Below, piece after piece: positions 9,781-19,541 of a DNA stretch of 64,000 nt. The DNA is from Flavobacteriia bacterium (lineage in GTDB: Bacteria > Bacteroidota > Bacteroidia > Flavobacteriales_D > Crocinitomicaceae), in NCBI GenBank assembly GCA_037143015.1, contig JBAWZN010000006.1, forward strand, positions 2,980 to 66,979, in the 5' to 3' direction. A model generated the notes under the pieces. The model was given only the letters and a program-made list of their open reading frames with translations, had not been told where the DNA came from and did not search any database. The first letter of the stretch is position 1, and the number at the start of each line of letters is the position of its first letter. The position numbers and the translations under genes are program-made.

Positions 9781-10536
9781 ATGAAGAATGAAGCTTTGTA
9801 TAATTACGTTCTTCGTTTAGGAGATGATAGTCTTATATTAGGACAACGTTTAGGTGAATGGTGTGGACATGGTCCAATTTTAGAGGAGGACATCGCGATG
9901 ACGAACATTTCATTGGACTTAATCGGACAAGCCATGAGTTTGTTGGATTATGTTGGTGAAATCGAAGGTCAAGGAAAAGACCACGACGCCCTAGCATTTT
10001 TACGTTTTGAAAACGAATACCGAAATGCATTGTTGGTGGAACAACCAAATGGCGATTTTGCGGATACCATGATGCGCCAATTTTTATTCGATGCGTTTAG
10101 AAAGCCTTTGTATGAAAAGTTGCTAGCCTCTACGGATGAACAAATTGCTGCAATTGCTGCAAAGTCCTTAAAGGAAACACGCTATCACTTGAAACATACA
10201 TCCGAATGGATCATCCGTCTTGGAGACGGAACGGATGAATCTCATCAACGTGCCCAAAAAGCCTTGGATTTATTGTGGCGTTATACGGATGAATTGTTTT
10301 TTGAAACAGAAGAAGATTTAGCATTGGTTGACGGAGGAATAGTGCCGGCAATGAAAGATATAAAAGCAGAATGGTCGAAAACAGTTTTAGCTGTCCTTGC
10401 TGAAGCCACGTTAATTATCCCTACAAATAATTGGCAATTTGAAGGTGGTAGAAGGGGAATACACTCTGAACATTTTGGTTATTTGTTGTCCGACTTACAA
10501 TACATGCAACGAGCATATCCAAATATGAAATGGTAA
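9781..10536 (+). CDS. paaC: 1,2-phenylacetyl-CoA epoxidase subunit C
   Basis: 251 aa ferritin-like helical protein in the paaA-B-C-D order (LGDDSLILGQRLGEWCGHGP, ETRYHLKHTSEWI). Confidence 0.85.
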   Translation: MKNEALYNYVLRLGDDSLILGQRLGEWCGHGPILEEDIAMTNISLDLIGQAMSLLDYVGEIEGQGKDHDALAFLRFENEYRNALLVEQPNGDFADTMMRQFLFDAFRKPLYEKLLASTDEQIAAIAAKSLKETRYHLKHTSEWIIRLGDGTDESHQRAQKALDLLWRYTDELFFETEEDLALVDGGIVPAMKDIKAEWSKTVLAVLAEATLIIPTNNWQFEGGRRGIHSEHFGYLLSDLQYMQRAYPNMKW

Positions 10537-11012
10537 GTAAAGAATCTATTCTTTCATTACTAGATGAGGTATGTGACCCGGAAATTCCGGTCCTTTCGCT
10601 AGCTGATCTCGGTGTTTTACGTGGAGTTGAGTACGTGAATAGCGAATGGCATATTATTATAACTCCAACGTATAGCGGTTGTCCAGCTATGAAAACCATG
10701 GAGGACGATATTCTTCAAAAGTTAAAAGAACACGGCATTCAGGCAAAAGTTGATCTGGTTTTATCTCCAGCTTGGACAACAGACTGGCTTTCAGAGTCAG
10801 GTCGTGAAAAACTTCTCTCTTTTGGCATCGCGCCTCCTGAAGATGAAGTAGATAAAAGCGTGCTATTTGCCGCTCCAACGGTTGTTCCTTGTCCCAAATG
10901 TGGCTCTCGTGAAACAAAAATGGTCAGTCAATTTGGGAGCACAGCGTGCAAAGCACATTACCAATGCCTCTCATGCTTAGAGCCTTACGATTACTTTAAA
11001 TGCTTGAAATAA
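10530..11012 (+). CDS. paaD: Phenylacetate-CoA oxygenase subunit PaaD (PaaJ)
   Basis: VCDPEIPVLSLADLGVLR (MIP18/DUF59-like) plus a C-terminal Cys-rich ribbon CPKCGS...CKAHYQCLSC. It overlaps the paaC stop by 7 bp. Confidence 0.85.
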   Translation: MVSKESILSLLDEVCDPEIPVLSLADLGVLRGVEYVNSEWHIIITPTYSGCPAMKTMEDDILQKLKEHGIQAKVDLVLSPAWTTDWLSESGREKLLSFGIAPPEDEVDKSVLFAAPTVVPCPKCGSRETKMVSQFGSTACKAHYQCLSCLEPYDYFKCLK

Positions 11013-11028
11013 TTCAAGCATTTTTTTT
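11001..11028 (+). terminator. Rho-independent terminator after paaD
   Basis: TGCTTGAA-ATAA-TTCAAGCA hairpin (8-bp stem, paaD stop codon in the loop) followed by T8. Confidence 0.7.
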
Positions 11029-11040
11029 ATTTTACTACTA

Positions 11041-11056
11041 TGTATTGCATAATACA
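11041..11056. promoter_or_regulatory. Inverted repeat TGTATT-N4-AATACA upstream of padR (candidate autoregulatory operator)
   Basis: Perfect 6-bp arms. It lies about 13 nt upstream of a TAnnTTTG-type box (TATCTTTG, 11069-11076), which is 17 nt before the padR ATG. Confidence 0.3.
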
Positions 11057-11092
11057 AAGTAAAACATATATCTTTGTATAAAATATTTCCAA

Positions 11093-11419
11093 ATGAACGT
11101 TGAAAATACACAGTCACAGATGCGCAAAGGAATACTCGAGTATTGCATATTGAGCATTTTGGACAAAAAGGAGGCATATCCCTCCGAAATCTTGGAAAGA
11201 CTGGACTTGGCACAATTGAAAGTGGTAGAGGGAACGATTTATCCCTTGTTGACGCGCTTGAAAAACATGCAATTATTGGAATACCGCTGGGCGGAGTCAA
11301 CTTCAGGTCCACCAAGAAAATATTACACGATTACAGAAGAAGGAAAAGCATTTTTAAGCGAATTAGAACGCACATGGACGGAACTGCAACAAGCGGTGAG
11401 TCACATTACAACTTTATAA
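11093..11419 (+). CDS. PadR-family transcriptional regulator
   Basis: 108 aa; MRKGILEYCILSIL...YPSEILERL...GTIYPLLTRLKNMQLLEYRW is the PadR winged-helix signature. Confidence 0.85.
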   Translation: MNVENTQSQMRKGILEYCILSILDKKEAYPSEILERLDLAQLKVVEGTIYPLLTRLKNMQLLEYRWAESTSGPPRKYYTITEEGKAFLSELERTWTELQQAVSHITTL

Positions 11420-11429
11420 AACACAGATT

Positions 11430-12944
11430 ATGAACAAAACAGTTTCCATTCATTTACAAGGAGTTCCTTTTATTTTTGAGGAACAAGCGTATGATCGTTT
11501 GAATGCCTATTTGCAACAGTTAAAGCAAGTTCTTCAAAAGGAAGAGGGGAGTGATGAGATTCTACAGGACATTGAATTACGCATGGTTGAATTAATTCAG
11601 CAGCAATTAACCCCTTTTAAACAAGTGGTTGAGCTCGTTGTGATTGAGCAAATCATGGAGAAATTGGGACGGCCGGAGGATTTTTCCGATGACACCGCGA
11701 CGGCGAGCGAAACAACGTCCACAGTTCACGATGATTTGGTGGAAAAACGCTTATTCAGGGATGGAGATAGAGCGCTGATTGGCGGTGTTTGCGCTGGTGT
11801 TGCTGCCTACTTCAATGTGGATGTTATCATTATTCGTGCGATTTACGTCTTTACCTTTTTAACTTTTGGCATCGGATTTCTACTTTATATTGTGCTTTGG
11901 GCCATTATTCCACTTGCGAAAACAAGTAGCGATAAATTACGCATGAAGGGTCAGCATGTCAACATAGAAAACATGAAAACGGAGCTGGGAGATGCAGCCA
12001 ACCGCATCAAAAAGGGAGCGAAGGAATTAAAAGCGAATTCTGGAGTTCAATCAACCGTTGGGGGCGTACTTCGTGTCATTTCTGTAATCATAGGGATTTG
12101 GGCTTTGCTCTTTGGGACAGGTATTTTTGTCTTTGCCATTATTTTCTTCTTTGTTAATCCGGACATCATTCCAGCACAATTCAACGGACGATTCATGTCC
12201 TTCCAGGATTTCGGCGGATTGTTGTTTGAGTCCTCTTCCCACGAGTCCTGTTTCTATCTAGGAATCGCCTTGATTGCTATCGCTATTGTCGCACTAAGTT
12301 ACTTGTTCGGTATTCGACTCATCACGCAATTCAAAGCAACCTATTTAAAATTATTGATCGGCATTTTTGCTGTTACACTGGTAATTGGAGTGGTTCTGGT
12401 TTCATTTGGAGGAGTTCAAATTGGACGTTCAATGGCCATTTACGGGGAAGTGGAAAAAGAAATTGCGCTTATTCCTGGGAATGAATTGAACATTGAGAAA
12501 AAATCCATTGAAGGACAAATGATCGATGGATTTAAAATAAAAAGCAATGGCGATGAGGGAATCATTACCATTAAAAATGGACGTGTGTACCTTCGAGGAA
12601 TTGAGTTGGTGTATTCACAGTCGAGTGATTCATTGTTCCACCTCAAACAGGTAAATGACGCACAAGCTCGCACACATGAGTCCGCACTGAAAAAGGCGAG
12701 AAACATTCGCTGCAATTACCAAGTCAGTTCGAACAAAATAACTTTAGAAACGATGTATTCTTTTCCAACAAAGGATAAATTCCGTGATCAAAATGTGAAG
12801 TTCATGATTGCTGTGCCAATGGGCGGAAAGATCTTCTACGAGAAACAACAGGTCTATCCAAACATGATAGAAGAAAGCGACTCTCCAAACGAAACGTACC
12901 AACATGGATACATTTCAAGTGATGGTGAATATTCTAAATGGTAA
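11430..12944 (+). CDS. PspC-domain membrane protein
   Basis: PspC motif LFRDGDRALIGGVCAGVAAYFNVDVIIIRAIYV followed by several TM segments and a C-terminal extracytoplasmic domain. The pairing downstream of PadR is common in Bacteroidota. Confidence 0.75.
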   Translation: MNKTVSIHLQGVPFIFEEQAYDRLNAYLQQLKQVLQKEEGSDEILQDIELRMVELIQQQLTPFKQVVELVVIEQIMEKLGRPEDFSDDTATASETTSTVHDDLVEKRLFRDGDRALIGGVCAGVAAYFNVDVIIIRAIYVFTFLTFGIGFLLYIVLWAIIPLAKTSSDKLRMKGQHVNIENMKTELGDAANRIKKGAKELKANSGVQSTVGGVLRVISVIIGIWALLFGTGIFVFAIIFFFVNPDIIPAQFNGRFMSFQDFGGLLFESSSHESCFYLGIALIAIAIVALSYLFGIRLITQFKATYLKLLIGIFAVTLVIGVVLVSFGGVQIGRSMAIYGEVEKEIALIPGNELNIEKKSIEGQMIDGFKIKSNGDEGIITIKNGRVYLRGIELVYSQSSDSLFHLKQVNDAQARTHESALKKARNIRCNYQVSSNKITLETMYSFPTKDKFRDQNVKFMIAVPMGGKIFYEKQQVYPNMIEESDSPNETYQHGYISSDGEYSKW

Positions 12945-12945
12945 T

Positions 12946-15420
12946 TTAAAGTTTGATTTTGCTAATGATTCTTCCAGCATCTAACCAATAGATAAGTTTG
13001 AATGACAAACTATTTACAGGTCCGTTTGCAAGTGTATTTTGCAAATTAGACCAATAGCTTTCTTGTACTTGTTTGTCTGAACTGAAGATAGAATTCTTCC
13101 AAACGATATTGAACTCGCTACTTGGCTGGAATACCCAACGGTATTGGAAGTCGATCGTGAATGCGTTGAAATTGATGTTATAGGCGGATTCACCTTGACT
13201 GTTTAATCCAGCATAAGAGCTAACAGGGTCTATTAATCCTTGTTCGTTTAATTGTCCAAAATAATGGTAATTTATGGTTGAACGGTAATGTCTTAAACGG
13301 AAGGTAATTCCCATGCGGTTGGTGAGAATGTAATCCAAGGAAACAAATTGCGTGGTATTGATGCGATCACGGTTCCCGAAAATAATTCCTGATGGCAAGT
13401 TTGCCGGCTCATCAAATGGAACGGCATATCCCTCGCTATTTTGCTCGAAATCTTGGCTCCAGTTGTAGGTCATGAAAATGTAATCTGTAAAGCGAATTCG
13501 TGGACTAAAGTAATAGCCATATTCTTTCCAGTTCCCACGTTGAACAATGTTGTAATTTAATCCAGCGTCCAAGGCTAAACGTTTCTGATAGTTGGAAGAT
13601 ACCCACCAACTGAAATTATACGTTTTTGGACGAAGAAAATAAGCGCCCCAAATCCTAGGTTCAAAATAGTCGTAATTTTTAGTCAGGGTATTGTTGTTTC
13701 CAAACCCAGTAGCATTAAAGGACTTTGATACCAACACGAATCCTAAATTGGAATATGTTCCAACATAGTTATTTGGAGCATATAAACGCATGCTGGAAAT
13801 AGAACCGTTTACGATGATTTTCGTTAATTGCTTCGATTTTGGTTTGAAATTGCGGTAAGCACCCGATGCTTCGATAATGCGTTTATTGTTGTTGTAATTG
13901 AATCCAAGGTCATTTGGGTCGTACTTATCCGATTCTTCTAAATACCCAACACCGTAAATCCAGGTCCCGCGTTGCTTTCGCAAATTCAAATTGTAATTAT
14001 ATCCAACGTTTGAAGTCAGTCCCCTTTGCACCGAAACAGTTGTCTTTCCGTTGATATTGAACTTGTTGTTTTTTGTGTTTGCGTTAAAATTTAATCCACT
14101 CACATTGGCATCATAGAATTCACCGGATCGAAGAACACTTGTATTAGTAAATGTGACGGAACTATTGTTTTTCAAGTTTTGATCTAATATGAAAACATTG
14201 TAATTCGTGAGCGGTGAAATCATGACTTGTCGTTCCATACCACTATCGTAATTGACTGCAGTTCCGTATTGCGGTGCATTCACCGCGTTAAAGACTCCAA
14301 TTCCCAGTCCATTTTTCATGCGTCCAGAGAATTTTGTGGCGTTATATAATTTGGATGCAAGCGGGACATTTTTCAAATATTCATTCGGATTCAACATCGT
14401 TGTAATCACTTTTCTCGGTGCTTGGATACCAATGCGTCGACTGTAAAAGAGTCCAGCCTTGTTAAAAAGTTCCGTTCCCTCTGTAAAAAACTGTCTATTT
14501 TCATTGAATTGCACTTCAAATGGACTCAAATTCAAGATTTGTTGATCAAAAACAACTTGACCAAAATCAGGCACTAAAGTCAAATCCAGCGTGAATGCTT
14601 CGTTCACACCATATTTAATGTCCATTCCACCATTAAACGAACGTGTCCACCCGAAGGTACCGTCGCCTTTCGGTATGCGATCGAGGTAAGATGAAACATA
14701 CGGCATTAGCGCTAGTCTTAAAGGCGGTTGAATGCCGGAAATTCCAACAACATCGCCATTTTCAATTAAGAAGTTTTCTAAATCAGGATTGACCTTTACC
14801 CAAGTGGATTCCTCGCGGTATCGGGAAATGTCACGTGAGAAATTGACGCCCCAACTTTGAATGTCCTTTTTTGGAAAACGAATGGCGCTGTATGGGATGC
14901 GTATTTCGACTATCCATGAGTTCTCCGTTATGGAAACGGCGCTGTACCAAGCCAAGTTTAATTCACCAATGTAATTGCTTCCCGTGATTTTCGCGTCAAT
15001 TTGAACACCTCGACTGGTGACTCCAAAGTAAAATCCATTTTGATCGTCGTTGTAAGTGTCCAAATACACTTGAAAAACATCCAAATTTGGATTGTAATCG
15101 TCGCGAAGCGAGAGGACATTTGAAATGGAATCGGGATCATCGTAGCAAATGGCACTGATGTACAAGGCATCATTGTTATACACCATTCGAACTTCGGTTT
15201 TTTTTCTGGCTGGATTTCCTGGATACGGTTTTAATTGGGTGAAAGAATGAACTGCGGATGCAGTTTGCCATGCTTTTTCTTTCAATTGTCCATCTACGTG
15301 CATTTCTTCTTCAATTCGAAGCGCCTCTATTTTTGCCTTGGATTCAGCAGACTGCTGTCCAAAGATCGATATAAAAGGGATGAGAGTGAAAAGGAAAAAG
15401 CGAAGTTTCATGCGCTGCAA
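12946..15420 (-). CDS. DUF5916 / carbohydrate-binding family 9-like outer-membrane protein
   Basis: 824 aa with a signal peptide. N-terminal CBM9/DOMON-like segment (MHVDGQLKEKAWQTA...MVYNNDALYISAICYDD) followed by a long beta-rich region. Confidence 0.55.
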   Translation of the reverse strand: MQRMKLRFFLFTLIPFISIFGQQSAESKAKIEALRIEEEMHVDGQLKEKAWQTASAVHSFTQLKPYPGNPARKKTEVRMVYNNDALYISAICYDDPDSISNVLSLRDDYNPNLDVFQVYLDTYNDDQNGFYFGVTSRGVQIDAKITGSNYIGELNLAWYSAVSITENSWIVEIRIPYSAIRFPKKDIQSWGVNFSRDISRYREESTWVKVNPDLENFLIENGDVVGISGIQPPLRLALMPYVSSYLDRIPKGDGTFGWTRSFNGGMDIKYGVNEAFTLDLTLVPDFGQVVFDQQILNLSPFEVQFNENRQFFTEGTELFNKAGLFYSRRIGIQAPRKVITTMLNPNEYLKNVPLASKLYNATKFSGRMKNGLGIGVFNAVNAPQYGTAVNYDSGMERQVMISPLTNYNVFILDQNLKNNSSVTFTNTSVLRSGEFYDANVSGLNFNANTKNNKFNINGKTTVSVQRGLTSNVGYNYNLNLRKQRGTWIYGVGYLEESDKYDPNDLGFNYNNNKRIIEASGAYRNFKPKSKQLTKIIVNGSISSMRLYAPNNYVGTYSNLGFVLVSKSFNATGFGNNNTLTKNYDYFEPRIWGAYFLRPKTYNFSWWVSSNYQKRLALDAGLNYNIVQRGNWKEYGYYFSPRIRFTDYIFMTYNWSQDFEQNSEGYAVPFDEPANLPSGIIFGNRDRINTTQFVSLDYILTNRMGITFRLRHYRSTINYHYFGQLNEQGLIDPVSSYAGLNSQGESAYNINFNAFTIDFQYRWVFQPSSEFNIVWKNSIFSSDKQVQESYWSNLQNTLANGPVNSLSFKLIYWLDAGRIISKIKL

Positions 15421-15435
15421 AAATACTGTATTTTT

Positions 15436-16128
15436 TTATTTCCCCATGCGCGCAACGACATGCAAACACTCTTCATGGCGTTCATAAGTTGCCCAAATTT
15501 TATAGTCCTTTTTGAAGCTGTATAAAATCGAAGCGCTTAATTGTTGGAGGTATTGCGTTTCAGAAGCTGTAAGTGGACGAATACTCGAAAATCGGGAAAA
15601 AGAAAAGTCAAAACTGTTGCCATTTAAATGTGGACTTTTTCGTACAGCCGTTCGGTTATGTCGGACCAATTTCGATACCGTGTAGTGTGTACGCGTCATG
15701 GACGTTACCAATAACTTTGTTCCAGCTAAGGGTGTGTTTATAAGGGAATCTTGAAATGCTAATCCAATTTCAGTTAGGATTTTCTCTGCATACGGGGTTA
15801 GTGCTGCATAGGAATAATTGAAGGTATCTAAAACAAATCCGTTGTTTGCGGTGATCAGTTTTAATTTCCCGGCACGAATCATTCGTTGAATTCCCTTTTT
15901 GTCAGCAGACGGTTTAACGCCTTGTTTCACCGAGCGGTCCATGTATTCACAAAGTCGATTATTTAACTTAAGCGTAAGATCTTCCCCCTCAAATTTCGCG
16001 CAATCGAAAACAGGAATTGTTTTTGCTTTTGAGTAACGGTTCATCTGTTCGGAATCTTTCGGATTTAATAAACCGAATCCAACCAGGACAAAACTCAGTG
16101 TTAAAAGACAAAAAGAAAATAATTTCAT
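15436..16128 (-). CDS. LAS-superfamily (VanY/M15-like, DUF5715-type) peptidase-like protein
   Basis: 230 aa with a signal anchor. SPHLNGNSFD matches the SxHxxGxAxD metal-binding motif of D,D-/L,D-peptidases. ECLH lies near the C-terminus. Confidence 0.4.
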   Translation of the reverse strand: MKLFSFCLLTLSFVLVGFGLLNPKDSEQMNRYSKAKTIPVFDCAKFEGEDLTLKLNNRLCEYMDRSVKQGVKPSADKKGIQRMIRAGKLKLITANNGFVLDTFNYSYAALTPYAEKILTEIGLAFQDSLINTPLAGTKLLVTSMTRTHYTVSKLVRHNRTAVRKSPHLNGNSFDFSFSRFSSIRPLTASETQYLQQLSASILYSFKKDYKIWATYERHEECLHVVARMGK

Positions 16129-16190
16129 GTAACTACAAAATTAAAATAATCTACAAGCTGAGAATGAAAATGCTTCCTTAACTTTGTCCC

Positions 16191-16454
16191 GTGAGTGTAT
16201 TTGATAATTTAAGGGCTCAATTAGATCAACTCGATTGGCCCAATGTGTACTTGTTTAAGTTTATTGTCCCGAGTGACAATGAGCACATGGCTTTGGTAAG
16301 CGCTTTGTTCGATGAAAATGCGGACATCACCTATCATCAGTCTGGTAAAGGTAATTATGTGAGTGTGAGTGTGAAAGAAGTCATGCTTTCCGTAGATTCC
16401 ATTATTGAAATCTACGAAAAAGCTGCTCAAATTAAAGGGGTAATTTCGTTATAA
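16191..16454 (+). CDS. DUF493 (YbeD-like) small protein
   Basis: 87 aa, GTG start. WPNVYLFKFIVPSDNE and the size fit the DUF493 family. Confidence 0.5.
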   Translation: MSVFDNLRAQLDQLDWPNVYLFKFIVPSDNEHMALVSALFDENADITYHQSGKGNYVSVSVKEVMLSVDSIIEIYEKAAQIKGVISL

Positions 16455-16822
16455 TGGAAATGTTAATTGAATTTTTGGTAGCTACATTAGTCATTTTGAT
16501 TGCAATCATTGCATACCGATTTTTGTTAAGGTATTTGTCTAAAGGCGGTGTGGATCAAGCGCTGTATTGTGAATTATATTCCCTTGATATCGAACCTGCG
16601 TCTGGAGAAGTAAGTTTTTACTTTGTTTGTCCAAAGACCATTCATGTTACTTTTCACATTTGGAAAGCGGATGAGGTAGTCTTGCAGTTGACAGATAAGG
16701 AATACGAACAAGGAGGACACTTACTCAAATTTCAAACATCCGAACTGCCAAATGGTACCTATTATTTTGGAATTGAAACGAGTACACAAAAAACTCAAAA
16801 GAGATTTACCATCCAGAATTAG
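16454..16822 (+). CDS. Hypothetical membrane-anchored protein
   Basis: 122 aa with an N-terminal TM helix and a beta-rich C-terminal part (GTYYFGIETS). The start overlaps the previous stop (TAATG). No family recognised. Confidence 0.35.
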   Translation: MEMLIEFLVATLVILIAIIAYRFLLRYLSKGGVDQALYCELYSLDIEPASGEVSFYFVCPKTIHVTFHIWKADEVVLQLTDKEYEQGGHLLKFQTSELPNGTYYFGIETSTQKTQKRFTIQN

Positions 16823-17514
16823 GATTCGCTTTTTGGTTTCTTTACTTTGATGCGTGTGCGGTGACGTGAGATTTTATATTTCGACTTTTCAAAATCACTT
16901 TTGTAACCATCTGTTTTCGGAATTCGGTAGGTAAGTCCAACACTGTACTGCATGTAGTCTGAACTTTTGAACAAATCCGTTAAGCCCAATTTCAGTGTCC
17001 CTTGAATTTGTAAACCAAGATTACTGCTCATCCAAAAGGTGCTTCCGACGGTGAAATTCGCTGTTGGCGAAAGCGATTTTGCTGTATTGCGTTTGTCAGA
17101 TGTTCTCAATGTCGCGCCAACTCCGGTGCCAATATATGGATCTACAATTCCTCTTCCGAGTTGTTTGTAAAATGAATATTTCAGTGAGAAATCTGTAGAA
17201 ATCATACTACCAGTAATTCCCAAAGAGTCGTTTACAAGCTTACTCGGATCGTACTTTTGAAATCCGATTGCTCCGTCGGCACTCCAACCATTGTAAATAT
17301 ACTTATCAACGAAAATACGCGTTGGATACGGTGCACTGTGAAAATCAGATGCGGAAAAAGGATTTAATTCATAGCCATCGTCGTCTGTCAACAACCATGA
17401 AGCACCAAATTGCCAAGCATAATTGTCTTGATTCGTTATTTTCTTTGTCGGTTGAGCGATGCTATTTCCGAAAAAACAAAGAAAGAGGAGGAAGGAGATG
17501 GTGCTAATTTTCAT
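16819..17514 (-). CDS. Putative small outer-membrane beta-barrel protein
   Basis: 231 aa with a signal peptide, alternating aromatic/Gly beta-strand pattern, and a basic C-terminal tail. Confidence 0.45.
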   Translation of the reverse strand: MKISTISFLLFLCFFGNSIAQPTKKITNQDNYAWQFGASWLLTDDDGYELNPFSASDFHSAPYPTRIFVDKYIYNGWSADGAIGFQKYDPSKLVNDSLGITGSMISTDFSLKYSFYKQLGRGIVDPYIGTGVGATLRTSDKRNTAKSLSPTANFTVGSTFWMSSNLGLQIQGTLKLGLTDLFKSSDYMQYSVGLTYRIPKTDGYKSDFEKSKYKISRHRTRIKVKKPKSES

Positions 17515-17637
17515 TTTTTGTTGTTGCTATAACAAAAGTAGTTAAAATTTAAAGCGAAAAACTTTTGATGAAATCCTTCAATTGACAAGCAATTGTGCAT
17601 TTCTCATTCAAGTAGAATGCCTAATTTTGAATGGGAA

Positions 17638-18066
17638 ATGGGAAAGCTGAAAAAATACGATTTGGTACTAGAAGATGAAACAACATTGGAAGTATACGGT
17701 GTTTCATCCGCTTTTGCTGATTACCGCTTGGCTTGGGAGTTAAATCAATGTTTAGATGTCAACCTGACTAAGTCGAACGAGGTATACGAACTTCGTCCAA
17801 ATAAAGCAAAAGAAATTGCTTCATTTCGGTATTTTTCCTTCTTTGACGAGGAGTATTTAACTCGTTATTATTTGATAAAAAATAAACAAGAACAGGGTGT
17901 TTTTCATCCCGAACGACCAATGATTGATTATTTTCTTGTGTTACGAGAGAATTTCACTTTCGAAAAAGAAGTGCTGATGCTGAAATTAAGAAAAATCAAT
18001 GGAATCGTAGCGGTGTTTGATTTCCCAGGTGAAGAATTTGATATGATTGCCTATTTAACAAGTTAA
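17638..18066 (+). CDS. IPExxxVDY-family protein
   Basis: HPERPMIDYFLV matches the family motif, and the position immediately upstream of pyk is conserved. The start at 17638 is chosen because a TAATTTTG -7 box sits at 17622-17629; the TTG at 17593 and ATG at 17617 are alternatives. Confidence 0.5.
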   Translation: MGKLKKYDLVLEDETTLEVYGVSSAFADYRLAWELNQCLDVNLTKSNEVYELRPNKAKEIASFRYFSFFDEEYLTRYYLIKNKQEQGVFHPERPMIDYFLVLRENFTFEKEVLMLKLRKINGIVAVFDFPGEEFDMIAYLTS

Positions 18067-18067
18067 T

Positions 18068-19486
18068 ATGAAAAAAACGAAAATAGTTGCCACGATGGGG
18101 CCTTCTTCTTTGAAAAGAGAAGTATTGAAAAATATGATGTTGGAAGGACTCAATGTCTGCCGCTTGAATTTCTCTCACGGTTCTTATGACGACCATGCGG
18201 GAGCTGTTGAGTTAATTCGATCGTTGAATGAAGAACTTGGATTAAATGTGGCCATTCTTGCGGATTTACAAGGTCCAAAAATTCGTACCAACGAAATGGA
18301 AAACAATGGTGTTCCTCTAGAAAATGGTCAGGAAATCCTACTTGTCGTGGAAAAAGTACTTGGAAATGCGGAGCGTTTTTCCATCAACTACACCATGTTG
18401 CCTCGTGAGGTAAAACAAGGTGAGCGCATTCTATTGGATGATGGTAAAATTGTTTTAGAAGTTATTGAAACAGATGGCCATTCCTCCATTCGCTGTGACA
18501 TTATTCAAGGTGGAATTCTCTGCTCTAAAAAGGGTGTGAATTTCCCTAACACGAAAATTTCCATGCCTTCTTTAACAGAAAAGGATATTGCTGATTTGGA
18601 ATTTGCCTTAGACCTGAATGTAGATTGGATTGGTCTGTCCTTTGTTCGCACACAAGAGGATATCGTCGATTTGAAGGCACGTATTGCGGCTAAAAATCAC
18701 CATGCGAAAGTCATTGCGAAAATTGAAAAACCCGAAGCTTTGGAGAACATCGATCGCATCATTGAAGAAAGTGATGGACTGATGGTTGCCAGAGGTGATT
18801 TAGGAGTGGAAGTTCCTTATCAAACGGTTCCTTCTATTCAGAAAATGTTGATTTCTAAGTGTGTTTCTTTCGCCAAACCAGTGATTGTCGCTACACAAAT
18901 GATGGAATCTATGATGTCTAATTTGACTCCAAGTCGTGCGGAAGTGAATGACGTAGCGAATGCCGTACTAGATGGAGCGGATGCGGTTATGTTGTCCGGT
19001 GAAACTTCCGTCGGAACTTATCCAGTACAGGTGGTTCAAACAATGGCAAACATCATCAAAGAGATGGAAAAACACAGCGCCATGTACAATAAAGAGGAAT
19101 TACCAGTAAAAAACAGCGAACGCTTTATTTCCGATTCGATTTGTTTCAATGCCTGCCGTTTGTCCCAACGTGTTGAAGCGGATGCCATTATCACGATGTC
19201 TTTTTCTGGATATACTGCTTACAAAATTGCTTCCCAGCGTCCAAATAGTCAAATTTATGTCTTCACGAGCAACCGAAGTATTTTGACTCAATTGAACTTA
19301 TTATGGGGTGTAAGGGCATTCTACTATGACAAACTCATTTCTACTGACCATACGATTGCGGACATTAAATACTTTATGAAGTCCGAAGGACACCTGAAAT
19401 TAGGAGACTTGGTCATTAATATTGCTTCGATTCCATTAGAAGACCTCGGCGCATCGAACATGTTGAAATTAAGTTACGTCGATTAA
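18068..19486 (+). CDS. pyk: Pyruvate kinase
   Basis: 472 aa; KIVATMGPSS, RLNFSHG, MVARGDLGVE, ATQMMESM motifs. Confidence 0.95.
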   Translation: MKKTKIVATMGPSSLKREVLKNMMLEGLNVCRLNFSHGSYDDHAGAVELIRSLNEELGLNVAILADLQGPKIRTNEMENNGVPLENGQEILLVVEKVLGNAERFSINYTMLPREVKQGERILLDDGKIVLEVIETDGHSSIRCDIIQGGILCSKKGVNFPNTKISMPSLTEKDIADLEFALDLNVDWIGLSFVRTQEDIVDLKARIAAKNHHAKVIAKIEKPEALENIDRIIEESDGLMVARGDLGVEVPYQTVPSIQKMLISKCVSFAKPVIVATQMMESMMSNLTPSRAEVNDVANAVLDGADAVMLSGETSVGTYPVQVVQTMANIIKEMEKHSAMYNKEELPVKNSERFISDSICFNACRLSQRVEADAIITMSFSGYTAYKIASQRPNSQIYVFTSNRSILTQLNLLWGVRAFYYDKLISTDHTIADIKYFMKSEGHLKLGDLVINIASIPLEDLGASNMLKLSYVD

Positions 19487-19541
19487 TTTTCTGTCGGCCA
19501 TCTCAAAAAATATCCTTAACTTAAAGTAAAGAACAAGTGAG

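Noticed and set aside
11143-11433. 96-aa alternative-frame ORF overlapping padR
   Set aside because: The padR frame gives a complete PadR signature. The alternative frame gives no recognisable protein and lacks a promoter or start context.
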